64,000 bases of DNA from Candidatus Lustribacter sp. (lineage in GTDB: Bacteria > Vulcanimicrobiota > Vulcanimicrobiia > Vulcanimicrobiales > Vulcanimicrobiaceae): the NCBI GenBank assembly GCA_965277805.1, contig OZ255842.1, positions 4,928,001 through 4,992,000 of the forward strand. Direction: 5' to 3'. The notes beneath the pieces are model-generated. The model saw only the letters and a list, made by a program, of their open reading frames with translations. It had not been told where the DNA came from and searched no databases. The position numbers were made by a program, and so were the translations under genes. Shown here piece by piece: positions 50,546 through 58,942 of the stretch (the first letter of the stretch is position 1; each line of letters opens with the position of its first letter).

Positions 50546-52615
50546 ATGATGGATCCGGCCGCTCGGGTTCGAATTGGGATCGATGTCGGCGGTACGTTCA
50601 CCGACGTCGTGGCCGTCGATGCGGATACGCGCGCGATGCTGGCGTCGGTCAAGGTGCCGACGACGCACGATCATGCCGACGGCGTCGCGGCCGGTATCGT
50701 GGCCGGCCTCGAACGGATGCTGCGCGAGCACGACATCGATCCGGGCGCGGTGACGTTCATCGCCCACTCGACGACGCAGGCCACGAACGCGTTGCTCGAA
50801 GGCGACGTCGCGCGGGTCGGCGTCGTCCGCTTTGGTTCGGCGTTCGCGCGCGCATCGATGCGTTTCAAGCCGATTCCGCTGGCCGCCGGCATCGCGCTCG
50901 CGCCGGCCTTTCTCGATGCGACCGCGAGCGCGGACGATGCGTGGTTCGAGCGCGCGCGTTCGAGCGGTATCGATGCGTTCGTGGCGAGCGAGGCCTTTGC
51001 GGTCGACCGTCCTGAACGCGAGGAGGCCTTCGTCGGCGCGGCGCGCGCCCGCGGTTTTGCCGCCACCAGCGGCAGCGAGGTCTCGACGATGTACGGCCTG
51101 CGCGCGCGCACGCGCACCGCGGCACTCAACGCCGCGATCTTGCCGCGCATGCTGCGCACCGCGCGGATGACGCGCCGCGCGGTTGCCGACGCGCACATCG
51201 GCGCGCCGCTGATGATCATGCGCTCCGACGGCGGCGTGATGGACGTCGGTGAGGTCGAACGCCGCCCGATTCTCACGATGCTTTCGGGACCCGCCGCGGG
51301 AATTGCCGGCGCACTCTTCCACGAAAACGTCACCGACGGCATCTTCATCGAAGTCGGCGGCACGAGCGCCGACTGCTCGGTGATCCGCCGCGGCCGGCCG
51401 CAACTGCGTCCCGCGCGCATCGGCGGCCACCGCACGCTGTTGCGCACGCTCGACGTGCGCACGCTCGGCGTCGCGGGCGGCTCGCTCGCGCACGTCTCCG
51501 CGGGTGCGGTCAGGGCGGTCGGCCCGCGCTCGGCGCACATCGCCGGCTACCGCTACGCGTCGTTTTGCGACGTGGAAACGATCGCGGCCGCGCGGCCGGC
51601 GGTCGAAGACGGTATCGCGGCGCTCGCGGATGACGCCGGCCGCATCGCGATCACGCCGACGTGTGCGGCCAACGTGCTCGGCTTCGTGCCGGCGACCGCA
51701 TTCGCGCACGGCAATGCGGCCGCCGCGCGCTTAGCGTGCGAGCGCGTGGGCGAAGCGCTGGGTCTCACTGCAGACGCGCTGGCGCGCGCGATCCTCGAAC
51801 GGTCGACCGCGACGCTGAAGGGCGCGATCGACGAGTTGATCGCCGATTACGAACTCGATCGCGCGACGGTCGTGCTGGTCGGCGGCGGTGGTGGTGCGGC
51901 CGCGCTGATTCCGTTTGCCGCGCAAGCGCTCGGCTTCGAGCACCGCATCGCGCGCGATGCCGAGGTGATCTCGCCGCTCGGTGTGGCGCTCGCGCTCGTG
52001 CGCGACGTCGTCGAGCGCACGATCGTCGATCCGGCGCCGGCCGATCTCGTGCGCATCCGCCGCGAAGCCGTCGACGCCGCGATTCGCGCCGGGGCCGCGC
52101 CCGGCGGCATCGAAGTGGTCATCGATATCGACCGCTCGCGCAACCGCGTGCGTGCTTCGGCCTCCGGCGCAACGGCGCTCGTCGGCGGTCCCAACGCTGC
52201 GGCGAGCGCGAGTGCCGAAGAGCGCATCGCCGCCGCCGTGCGCGCGTTGCGCGTCGAGCCGGCGGCCGCCCACGTGATCGCGCAGACGCCCGGCTTCATC
52301 GCCGTTGAAGCAAAGAACAGCGTTGCGATCGTCGACGAGCGCGCGGTCGTGCGGCTGATCGTACCGCGCGCGATCGTCGTGCCGGCGACGGCCGCCGGAA
52401 CGGCCGCCGCGATCGCGTCGACGATCGAAGAGCACACATCCTACGGCGACGTCGGCCGCGCGCTGCCCGATCTGTGGCTCTTGGCCGGAGCGCGCATCGT
52501 CGAACTCGCCGGTCTCACCGATGCCGAAAGCGCCGTTGCGCTTGCCGCCGACGAAATCACCGGCCTGCCCGATACGACGGCGATCGCCATCGTCGCCGCG
52601 GCGAAGCGCGCCTAA
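50546..52615 (+). CDS. Hydantoinase/oxoprolinase A-like protein
   Basis: GIDVGGTFTD, HSTTQATNALLEG, SGPAAG, EVGGTS. Confidence 0.87.
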   Translation: MMDPAARVRIGIDVGGTFTDVVAVDADTRAMLASVKVPTTHDHADGVAAGIVAGLERMLREHDIDPGAVTFIAHSTTQATNALLEGDVARVGVVRFGSAFARASMRFKPIPLAAGIALAPAFLDATASADDAWFERARSSGIDAFVASEAFAVDRPEREEAFVGAARARGFAATSGSEVSTMYGLRARTRTAALNAAILPRMLRTARMTRRAVADAHIGAPLMIMRSDGGVMDVGEVERRPILTMLSGPAAGIAGALFHENVTDGIFIEVGGTSADCSVIRRGRPQLRPARIGGHRTLLRTLDVRTLGVAGGSLAHVSAGAVRAVGPRSAHIAGYRYASFCDVETIAAARPAVEDGIAALADDAGRIAITPTCAANVLGFVPATAFAHGNAAAARLACERVGEALGLTADALARAILERSTATLKGAIDELIADYELDRATVVLVGGGGGAAALIPFAAQALGFEHRIARDAEVISPLGVALALVRDVVERTIVDPAPADLVRIRREAVDAAIRAGAAPGGIEVVIDIDRSRNRVRASASGATALVGGPNAAASASAEERIAAAVRALRVEPAAAHVIAQTPGFIAVEAKNSVAIVDERAVVRLIVPRAIVVPATAAGTAAAIASTIEEHTSYGDVGRALPDLWLLAGARIVELAGLTDAESAVALAADEITGLPDTTAIAIVAAAKRA

Positions 52616-53703
52616 GCGCCGAGTTCGGCTGCGGCGATCGTGTAGCGAAACGCGGCGGCATCGGTGCCGTCGCGATGCGCGGTGCCGCTTTCGGCTTGCG
52701 GGTAGAGCAGAAACGGCAACGCGCCGATCGTTGCGCCCGGCAGCTGCACGTTCCGGCCGTCGTTGTAGGCGATCCAGTTCGTCTCCCACGCGCCGAAGAG
52801 CGTGCCGCGCGCGTCGATCACCACCTGATCGTCCAGGGTGAGCCGGCCCGGCGGTTCGGCGGCGATGACGTGACGCACGTCGGCCGGATCGGCCGGCACC
52901 CAGCCGAAGCCGCCGAGAAACACTTCGGCGCGCACGTGCTGCGCGTGCGTCACGTCGGGCGCGTTCGCACCGAGGCTCGTGTAGCCGAACTGCGAGGGCG
53001 CAACGCGGATGCCGTACAGCATGCGCGCAGGCAAGCCCGCCGCGCGCGCGAGCGCGACGAAGAGCCCGTTGATGTCGGCGCTCTTTCCGCCGAGCTTGCC
53101 GCTGGTGAGCATGGCCGCAGCGTCACCCGTTCCGCAGCCGGCGACCTTCGGATCTTCGAACGTGTTGGTGACGACCCACTCGTAGATCGCGCGCGCTTTA
53201 TCGACGTCGTTCGTCAGGCCGGCGGTGATTTTGCCGGCCGTACCGGCGACGATGCCGGCGGCCGCCGCGCTATAGCGCAGGCGGTCAGCCGCAGGCAGAT
53301 CGGGCGGCGTTGCGGGCTTCGCGAAGTTGGTCGTGCGATCGCGCGTCGCAACGCGGCTCACGATCGCGATGGCCGGCGCCGCCGCGGCGCTCGTCCATTG
53401 CGCGTAGACCATCGACGTGCCCGACGCCGGATCGCGCACGAGCTTCACGCTCGTGGCGTTGGTTTTCCAGCGGCTCGCGGCCGGTTTGATCCAACTCGCC
53501 GCGCTCAGCGCCGGCACGGGGACCCACGCTGCCGCCGGACCGGTAACGCCGGCGAGTTCGATCGTGGTGGTCAGGTCGAAGGTGCGCCAGCGATCGGGCT
53601 GCGGCGAGAACGGATCGAGCATCGGCAGCGCCCCGGCCACGCGCGGTAGCGCGAACGCAGCGGTAGCCGCGAACGCCGAGCCCCAAAAATGCCGTCGCCG
53701 CAC
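52612..53703 (-). CDS. Tat-exported transglutaminase-like protein
   Basis: RRRHF twin-Arg signal; GGKSADINGLF, QHVRAEV, WVPADPAD. Confidence 0.85.
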   Translation of the reverse strand: MRRRHFWGSAFAATAAFALPRVAGALPMLDPFSPQPDRWRTFDLTTTIELAGVTGPAAAWVPVPALSAASWIKPAASRWKTNATSVKLVRDPASGTSMVYAQWTSAAAAPAIAIVSRVATRDRTTNFAKPATPPDLPAADRLRYSAAAAGIVAGTAGKITAGLTNDVDKARAIYEWVVTNTFEDPKVAGCGTGDAAAMLTSGKLGGKSADINGLFVALARAAGLPARMLYGIRVAPSQFGYTSLGANAPDVTHAQHVRAEVFLGGFGWVPADPADVRHVIAAEPPGRLTLDDQVVIDARGTLFGAWETNWIAYNDGRNVQLPGATIGALPFLLYPQAESGTAHRDGTDAAAFRYTIAAAELGA

Positions 53704-53715
53704 GTCTCGAACCGC

Positions 53716-54417
53716 TTACTGCTTAGCTGCGATGTACAACCCGTGCGGGAACAAATCGGAGCGTTCGCTGCGCGCTTTGAGACCGGCAGCATCGAAAGCC
53801 AAACGGTACTGTGCGTCGGTGAAGAGCTGCTGCACGTGCGTTTCGCTGAAGCCCGACATGCCGGTCGTTTCGCCGACCAGGTACTCATAGCGCGTCACCG
53901 AGGTCGTGCCGTAGCGTTCGCTCGCGCCGATGCGCGCGATCTTCAACTGCGGCTGGTCGACGAACGTTCCTTCGATCGTGTTGTCGCGCCATTCGTCGGG
54001 GCCGATCCACGGCTCGATGATCACGAGGCCGCCGGTGGTCACGGCGTTCGCGAAGCGCACGATCGTGCTGCGCAGCTCCGATTCGTCGGCCAGATAGGCG
54101 ATCGAGCCGAAGAGGCACATGGCGACGTCGTACGGCCGTTCGACCGTGAGATCTTGCATCCGGCCCACGCGAAACGGCACGCCGGGCAGCCGTTCCTTGG
54201 CGATCTCGATCATCGTAGCGTCGGCGTCCTCGCCGGCGACTTCGAACTGCTTGTGCATGAACCGCAAGTGCGCGCCGGTGCCGCAGGCCACGTCGAGCAC
54301 GCGATGCGCGCCGGGATTGGCCACGCCGATCGCGGCGCGCAGCCAGGCCGCCTCGGCGGCGTAATCCTTACCCCGCGCGTTGATCGCCTCGTAAAACGCT
54401 TGCGACTTATTGAACAC
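53716..54417 (-). CDS. SAM methyltransferase resembling TylM1/DesVI amino-sugar N-methyltransferases
   Basis: GKDYAAEA, LDVACGTG, CLFGSIAY, IEPW. Confidence 0.8.
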   Translation of the reverse strand: MFNKSQAFYEAINARGKDYAAEAAWLRAAIGVANPGAHRVLDVACGTGAHLRFMHKQFEVAGEDADATMIEIAKERLPGVPFRVGRMQDLTVERPYDVAMCLFGSIAYLADESELRSTIVRFANAVTTGGLVIIEPWIGPDEWRDNTIEGTFVDQPQLKIARIGASERYGTTSVTRYEYLVGETTGMSGFSETHVQQLFTDAQYRLAFDAAGLKARSERSDLFPHGLYIAAKQ

Positions 54418-54466
54418 CCCGCGTCCCTTCGGCGGTGGAGCGAGCCCGGCCCGCGAAGGCGAGCGC

Positions 54467-55828
54467 GTGGAAGAGTACGACGTTCTGGTCGTGGGTGGCG
54501 GCAACGCCGGCTGCGCTGCGGCGTTGGCGGCGGCCCGTACCGGCGCGCGCACGCTCTTGGTCGAACGCTACGGCTTCCTGGGCGGGACGGCCACCGCTGC
54601 AATGGTCGGGCCGTGGATGACCTTTCATTCCGGGAGCGACCGGATCGTGGGCGGGATCGCGCAAGAGATCGTGGAGCGGCTGATCGCGCTCGGCGGCTCG
54701 CCCGGACACATTCCCGATTCGTCGGACTACGTGCCGACGATCACGCCGTTCGATCCCGAGATCCACAAGGCGCTGCTGTTCGACCTGATGCACGAATCCG
54801 GCGTGCAGCTGCTGTTGCACGCGCTGGTGGTCGATGCCGTGCGCGACGAGCGCGGTACGGTGCGAGGGGCGGCGTTCGCAACCGTCGGCGGGATGCGCAC
54901 GTATTTCGCCAAGCGCACAATCGACGCGACCGCCGATGCGTTCGTGGCCGCCGCCGCGGGTTGCGCGATGCAGCAAGGCGACGAGCGCGGGCGCGTGCAG
55001 CCGTCGAGCCTGATGTTCCGGCTCAGCCACGTCGACATGGACGCCGTCGCGGAATACGTGCGCGACCATCCCGATCAGATGCGCTCTTCGCTCGCGCCTG
55101 CGCAGCGCAACGCAGCGGCGCTGACGGCCGTCGCGGGATTGTACGAGCTGTGGCAAGGCGCGCAGGCCGACGGCATCCGCGTACCGCGCGAACTCGTGTC
55201 GTTCTTCATATCACCATATCCGGACGAGGTGACGGTGAACATGACGCGCGTCACCGACATCGATCCGCTCGATCCCGACGACCTCACGCGCGCCGAGATC
55301 GAAGCGCGCGGGCAAGCGATGCGGCTGGTCACGTTCTTTCGCGAACGCGTGCCGGGGTTTGCGCACGCGCGCATCGCTGCGACCGCGACGCAGATCGGCG
55401 TGCGTGAGTCGCGCCGCATCGAAGGCGTCTACACGCTCACGCGCGAGGATATTCTCGAGCGTCACACGTTCGACGATGCGGTGGCGCGCAGCGCGTATCC
55501 GATCGACATCCACAACCCTTCGGGCAGCGGAACGACGACGCACCGGCTGCCGCCCGGAACGTCGTACGAGATTCCCTACCGCTGCCTCGTGCCGCGCACC
55601 GTCGACGATCTGCTCGTTGCAGGGCGCTGCATTTCCACCACGCACGAAGCGCTCGCGTCGACGCGGCTGACGCCGACCGTGATGACGCTCGGCCAAGCCG
55701 CGGGAACGGCGGCTGCGCTCTCGTTGCAAACGAACGTGCTGCCGCGCGCGCTCGACGTGCAGGCGTTGCGCGAAAAGCTCGTTGCAGACGGCGTCGATCT
55801 GCGCCGGCCGGCGGTGGCCCGTGCCTGA
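54467..55828 (+). CDS. FAD-dependent oxidoreductase (FAD_oxidored family)
   Basis: VVGGGNAG, IDATAD, GVRESRRI, YPIDIH, AGRCIS, GQAAG. Confidence 0.9.
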   Translation: MEEYDVLVVGGGNAGCAAALAAARTGARTLLVERYGFLGGTATAAMVGPWMTFHSGSDRIVGGIAQEIVERLIALGGSPGHIPDSSDYVPTITPFDPEIHKALLFDLMHESGVQLLLHALVVDAVRDERGTVRGAAFATVGGMRTYFAKRTIDATADAFVAAAAGCAMQQGDERGRVQPSSLMFRLSHVDMDAVAEYVRDHPDQMRSSLAPAQRNAAALTAVAGLYELWQGAQADGIRVPRELVSFFISPYPDEVTVNMTRVTDIDPLDPDDLTRAEIEARGQAMRLVTFFRERVPGFAHARIAATATQIGVRESRRIEGVYTLTREDILERHTFDDAVARSAYPIDIHNPSGSGTTTHRLPPGTSYEIPYRCLVPRTVDDLLVAGRCISTTHEALASTRLTPTVMTLGQAAGTAAALSLQTNVLPRALDVQALREKLVADGVDLRRPAVARA

Positions 55829-56105
55829 TCCGCGCACGGTCGCGCGCGAGCGCGGGATCGCGATCGAACTCGCCGATCTCGGTTCGTGGGGCGATGCGAC
55901 GCTCGTTTCGGAATACGATCCGGCGGGACCGGTGATCCGCATCAACACGCGCGCGATCCCGCCCGGCTCGTCGTGCGACGTGCGCGAGCACATCGACCGC
56001 GCGGTGACGCACGAACTCTACCATCATGCCGAAGCGACGGGCGAGGTGGACAAAATCGCGAGCCATAGAGCGCGCGAACGTGCGGCCGGCGAACACACGC
56101 TCTGA
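55821..56105 (+). CDS. Small HExxH (ImmA/IrrE-like) protein
   Basis: IRIN...THELYHH...RERAA; overlaps both neighbours. Confidence 0.65.
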   Translation: MPDPRTVARERGIAIELADLGSWGDATLVSEYDPAGPVIRINTRAIPPGSSCDVREHIDRAVTHELYHHAEATGEVDKIASHRARERAAGEHTL

Positions 56106-57034
56106 TGCCAGCGCTCTATGCCGGAATCGACGGCGGCCAATCTTCGACGATCGCCGTGGTGCTCGATGCGCGCGGAACGGTGCTGGGCCGCGGCACGGCC
56201 GGTCCGAGCGATCACGTCGACGAGCCGAAGAATACGCAGCGCGCAGCGCAGGCGTGCGAATCGGCGCTCGCGGCCGCGCTGGCCGCGGCGAACTTGCCGC
56301 ACGATACGGAGCCGGCGGCGGTCGTCATCGGGCTCTCGGGCTACGACGGTGACTGGTACGGGCGCGAACCCGTCTTCGGCCAGGCGATCGTGCGCTACAA
56401 GCACGACTCCGTCATCGCGCTCGCCGGTGCGATCCGCGAGCGGCCGGCGGCGGTCGTCATTGCCGGCACCGGCTCCGTCGCCTACGGCGAATCGGCGCAA
56501 CGCGATCCGGTCCGGGCCGGCGGTTTCGGCTACCTGTTCGGCGACGAGGGTAGCAGCTTCGCGATCGCGCGCACGGCCCTGGCGTCGGCGATGCGCTTGA
56601 GCGACCGCGGCGTGCGGACCGACTTGGGCCTCGCCGCCCTCGCGTTCTTCGACTGTCCGGATTTGCGCGCGTTCGCCCGGGCCGTGGCGCTGCGCGAAAT
56701 CGGCCGCCCCCAAGTGGCCACTTTTGCCCGGGTCGTCTTCGATGCCGCGCGGCTCGGCGACCCGGAAGCGGGCAAGATCGTCGAGGACGCGGCCGCGGCG
56801 CTGGCCGGCCTCGCTCAGCTGGTCGTCGAGCAGCTCGGGCACGTCGACATGCCGGCCGTGCCGGTCGCGTTCGTCGGCGGCGCGATGGACAATCCCGAGC
56901 TGCGTCTCGCGGCCGCGCGGCGGCTGGAAGCCGCGACTTCCTTAGGCCGCGTGGTCGCGCCGGCGTTCGAGCCGGCGGTCGGCGCGGCGTTCCTGGCTTT
57001 CGATGCCGCCGGGGTGGCGCGGCCGGCGCCATGA
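56105..57034 (+). CDS. BadF/BadG/BcrA/BcrD-type sugar (GlcNAc-like) kinase
   Basis: GIDGGQSST, IAGTGS, GGFGYLFGDEGS. Confidence 0.88.
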   Translation: MPALYAGIDGGQSSTIAVVLDARGTVLGRGTAGPSDHVDEPKNTQRAAQACESALAAALAAANLPHDTEPAAVVIGLSGYDGDWYGREPVFGQAIVRYKHDSVIALAGAIRERPAAVVIAGTGSVAYGESAQRDPVRAGGFGYLFGDEGSSFAIARTALASAMRLSDRGVRTDLGLAALAFFDCPDLRAFARAVALREIGRPQVATFARVVFDAARLGDPEAGKIVEDAAAALAGLAQLVVEQLGHVDMPAVPVAFVGGAMDNPELRLAAARRLEAATSLGRVVAPAFEPAVGAAFLAFDAAGVARPAP

Positions 57035-57732
57035 ACCTCGAACGGCTGCGCGGGCTGATCGTCTCGATTCAGCCCGAGCCGGACTCCGTCCTCAACCGCC
57101 CCGAAATCGTGGCGCTGCTGGCGCGGGCCGTGGTGGCCAATGGCGCGGCGGGCGTCCGCATCGAGGGCGCGGAGCGGATCGCAGCGGTCCGGGCCGCGGT
57201 CGACGTTCCGATCGTCGGCCTCATTAAACGAAGCTTTCCGGGCTTCGCCCCCTACATCACCCCGACCGCGGAAGAGATCGACGCGATCGTTGCGGCCGGC
57301 GCCGAGATCGTTGCCTTCGATGCCACCCCGCGAGCACGTCCGCACGGCGATGACGTGCCCGCCATGGCCGGCCGGATTCACGCTCGCGGCGCCGTCGCGA
57401 TGGCTGACTGCGCCACCAGTGCGGAGGTGCGCGCGGCCGCTGCGGCCGGCGCAGAGATCGTTGCCACGACGCTCAGCGGCTACACCGACGATACCCGCGG
57501 CCGGCACCTGCCCGCGCTCGACGTGTTGCGCGACGCCGTAGCGACCGGGGCGTTCGCGATCCTCGAGGGCGGCGTGGCGATGCCCGATGAGGTGGCCGCC
57601 GCGATCGCCGCCGGCGCCGGGGCCGTTGTGGTCGGGACCGCGCTGACGAACCTGGATGCGCGCGTGCGTACGTTCGCTACGGCTGCTCGACAGAAGTCCG
57701 CGCCGGAAAATCGTTTGCCCCGTACTGTGTGA
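57031..57732 (+). CDS. nanE: N-acetylmannosamine-6-phosphate 2-epimerase
   Basis: LIVSIQ, PIVGLIK, YITPT, TTLSGYT, EG, VVVGTALT. Confidence 0.9.
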   Translation: MNLERLRGLIVSIQPEPDSVLNRPEIVALLARAVVANGAAGVRIEGAERIAAVRAAVDVPIVGLIKRSFPGFAPYITPTAEEIDAIVAAGAEIVAFDATPRARPHGDDVPAMAGRIHARGAVAMADCATSAEVRAAAAAGAEIVATTLSGYTDDTRGRHLPALDVLRDAVATGAFAILEGGVAMPDEVAAAIAAGAGAVVVGTALTNLDARVRTFATAARQKSAPENRLPRTV

Positions 57733-57761
57733 AAAAGTGGTACGCACCTCGATGGAGAACG

Positions 57762-57777
57762 CGTGACCGATATCACC
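57762..57777. promoter_or_regulatory. Possible CRP/FNR-family box upstream of the oxidase operon
   Basis: cGTGA-ccgata-TCACc matches GTGA-N6-TCAC. Confidence 0.35.
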
Positions 57778-57811
57778 GTCCGACAGATGGTGACGTGTTG
57801 AGAGGACGTTC

Positions 57812-58927
57812 GTGGCACATCAGGTCACCAAGACCAAAGTCAGTTTAGGTCCCGGTTTCTGGATCGTTACCGCGGTCATTGCGGTCGCCTCGGCGATCAT
57901 GAGTTACTTCGTCTACGCCAGCGCCTGGCCGATCGGACTGCCCGAGGCCGCGGAGCCCGCCGGTGCCATCGACGACCTCTTCAAATTCCTCGGCGCGGTC
58001 GGCGGCACGATCTTCAACATCGTCACCGGCTACATCATCTACTTCGCGATCGTCTTCCGGCGTAAGAAAAGCGACCCGCCCGACGTCATCGGCGTGCAAG
58101 TGCACGACAATCCGGTCCTCGAGTTCTGGTGGACCGTCATCCCGACGATCCTCGTCGTGATCCTCGCCATCTACTCGGTCGTGATCTGGTCGAGCTTGCA
58201 GAATACCGCAGGCGACGTGCTTACGATGGAAGCGATCGGGCACCAATACTATTTCAGCTTCCGCTATCCGAAGCTGGCCAACCCGGTGAACAACGAGATG
58301 CACCTGCCGGTCAACGTGCCGGTCACGCTGCACGTCACCGCCGACTCGCCGGGCTTTCCGCCGGTCAACCATGGCTTCTGGGTGCCGGAAGTGCGGCTCA
58401 AGGCCGACATGGTTCCGGGCCTGATCAACACGTTGCGCTTCACGCCGCAAACGATCGGCAAGTACCGCATCATCTGCACCGAGTTCTGCGGCGCGCTGCA
58501 CGGCACGATGCGTGCGGTGCTCTACATCGACTCGCAAAAAGATTTCGACGCGTGGTTTGCCAAGCAGGGCGGCGCGGCGGGCGGCGCAACGGCCGGAGCC
58601 GCGGCTTCCGCCGGAGCGGGCATCCCCTTGGCCGGAGGAACGGCCGCTGCCGGCGCAACTCTCTTCGCAGCGAAGTGCAGCGCCTGTCACGCCACCGATG
58701 CCTTCACCGACAAGAAAGTCGGCCCGGGCCTCGGCCACATCTTCGACGATCCGGCGCACCCGAAACTCGTCGACGGCAGCGCCCCGACCCCTGAAGATGC
58801 GGCAAACATCATGAAGAAGGGCTATACCGGCGACATCGGCCAGATGCCCGACGCCACCACGAATCAGATCAGCGACGCGGACATCGCGAACCTCGTCGCT
58901 TACCTCCAAAGCCTCTCGAAGAAATAA
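57812..58927 (+). CDS. coxB: Cytochrome c oxidase subunit II with fused cytochrome c
   Basis: LEFWWTVIP, CuA motif H...CTEFCGALHGTM, heme motif CSACH...MP. Confidence 0.95.
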   Translation: MAHQVTKTKVSLGPGFWIVTAVIAVASAIMSYFVYASAWPIGLPEAAEPAGAIDDLFKFLGAVGGTIFNIVTGYIIYFAIVFRRKKSDPPDVIGVQVHDNPVLEFWWTVIPTILVVILAIYSVVIWSSLQNTAGDVLTMEAIGHQYYFSFRYPKLANPVNNEMHLPVNVPVTLHVTADSPGFPPVNHGFWVPEVRLKADMVPGLINTLRFTPQTIGKYRIICTEFCGALHGTMRAVLYIDSQKDFDAWFAKQGGAAGGATAGAAASAGAGIPLAGGTAAAGATLFAAKCSACHATDAFTDKKVGPGLGHIFDDPAHPKLVDGSAPTPEDAANIMKKGYTGDIGQMPDATTNQISDADIANLVAYLQSLSKK

Positions 58928-58942
58928 CGGAGCCGTAGTTCG

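Noticed and set aside
53689-55407. 572-aa alternative + strand ORF
   Set aside because: Arg-rich frame without motifs, overlapping the methyltransferase and the FAD oxidoreductase.
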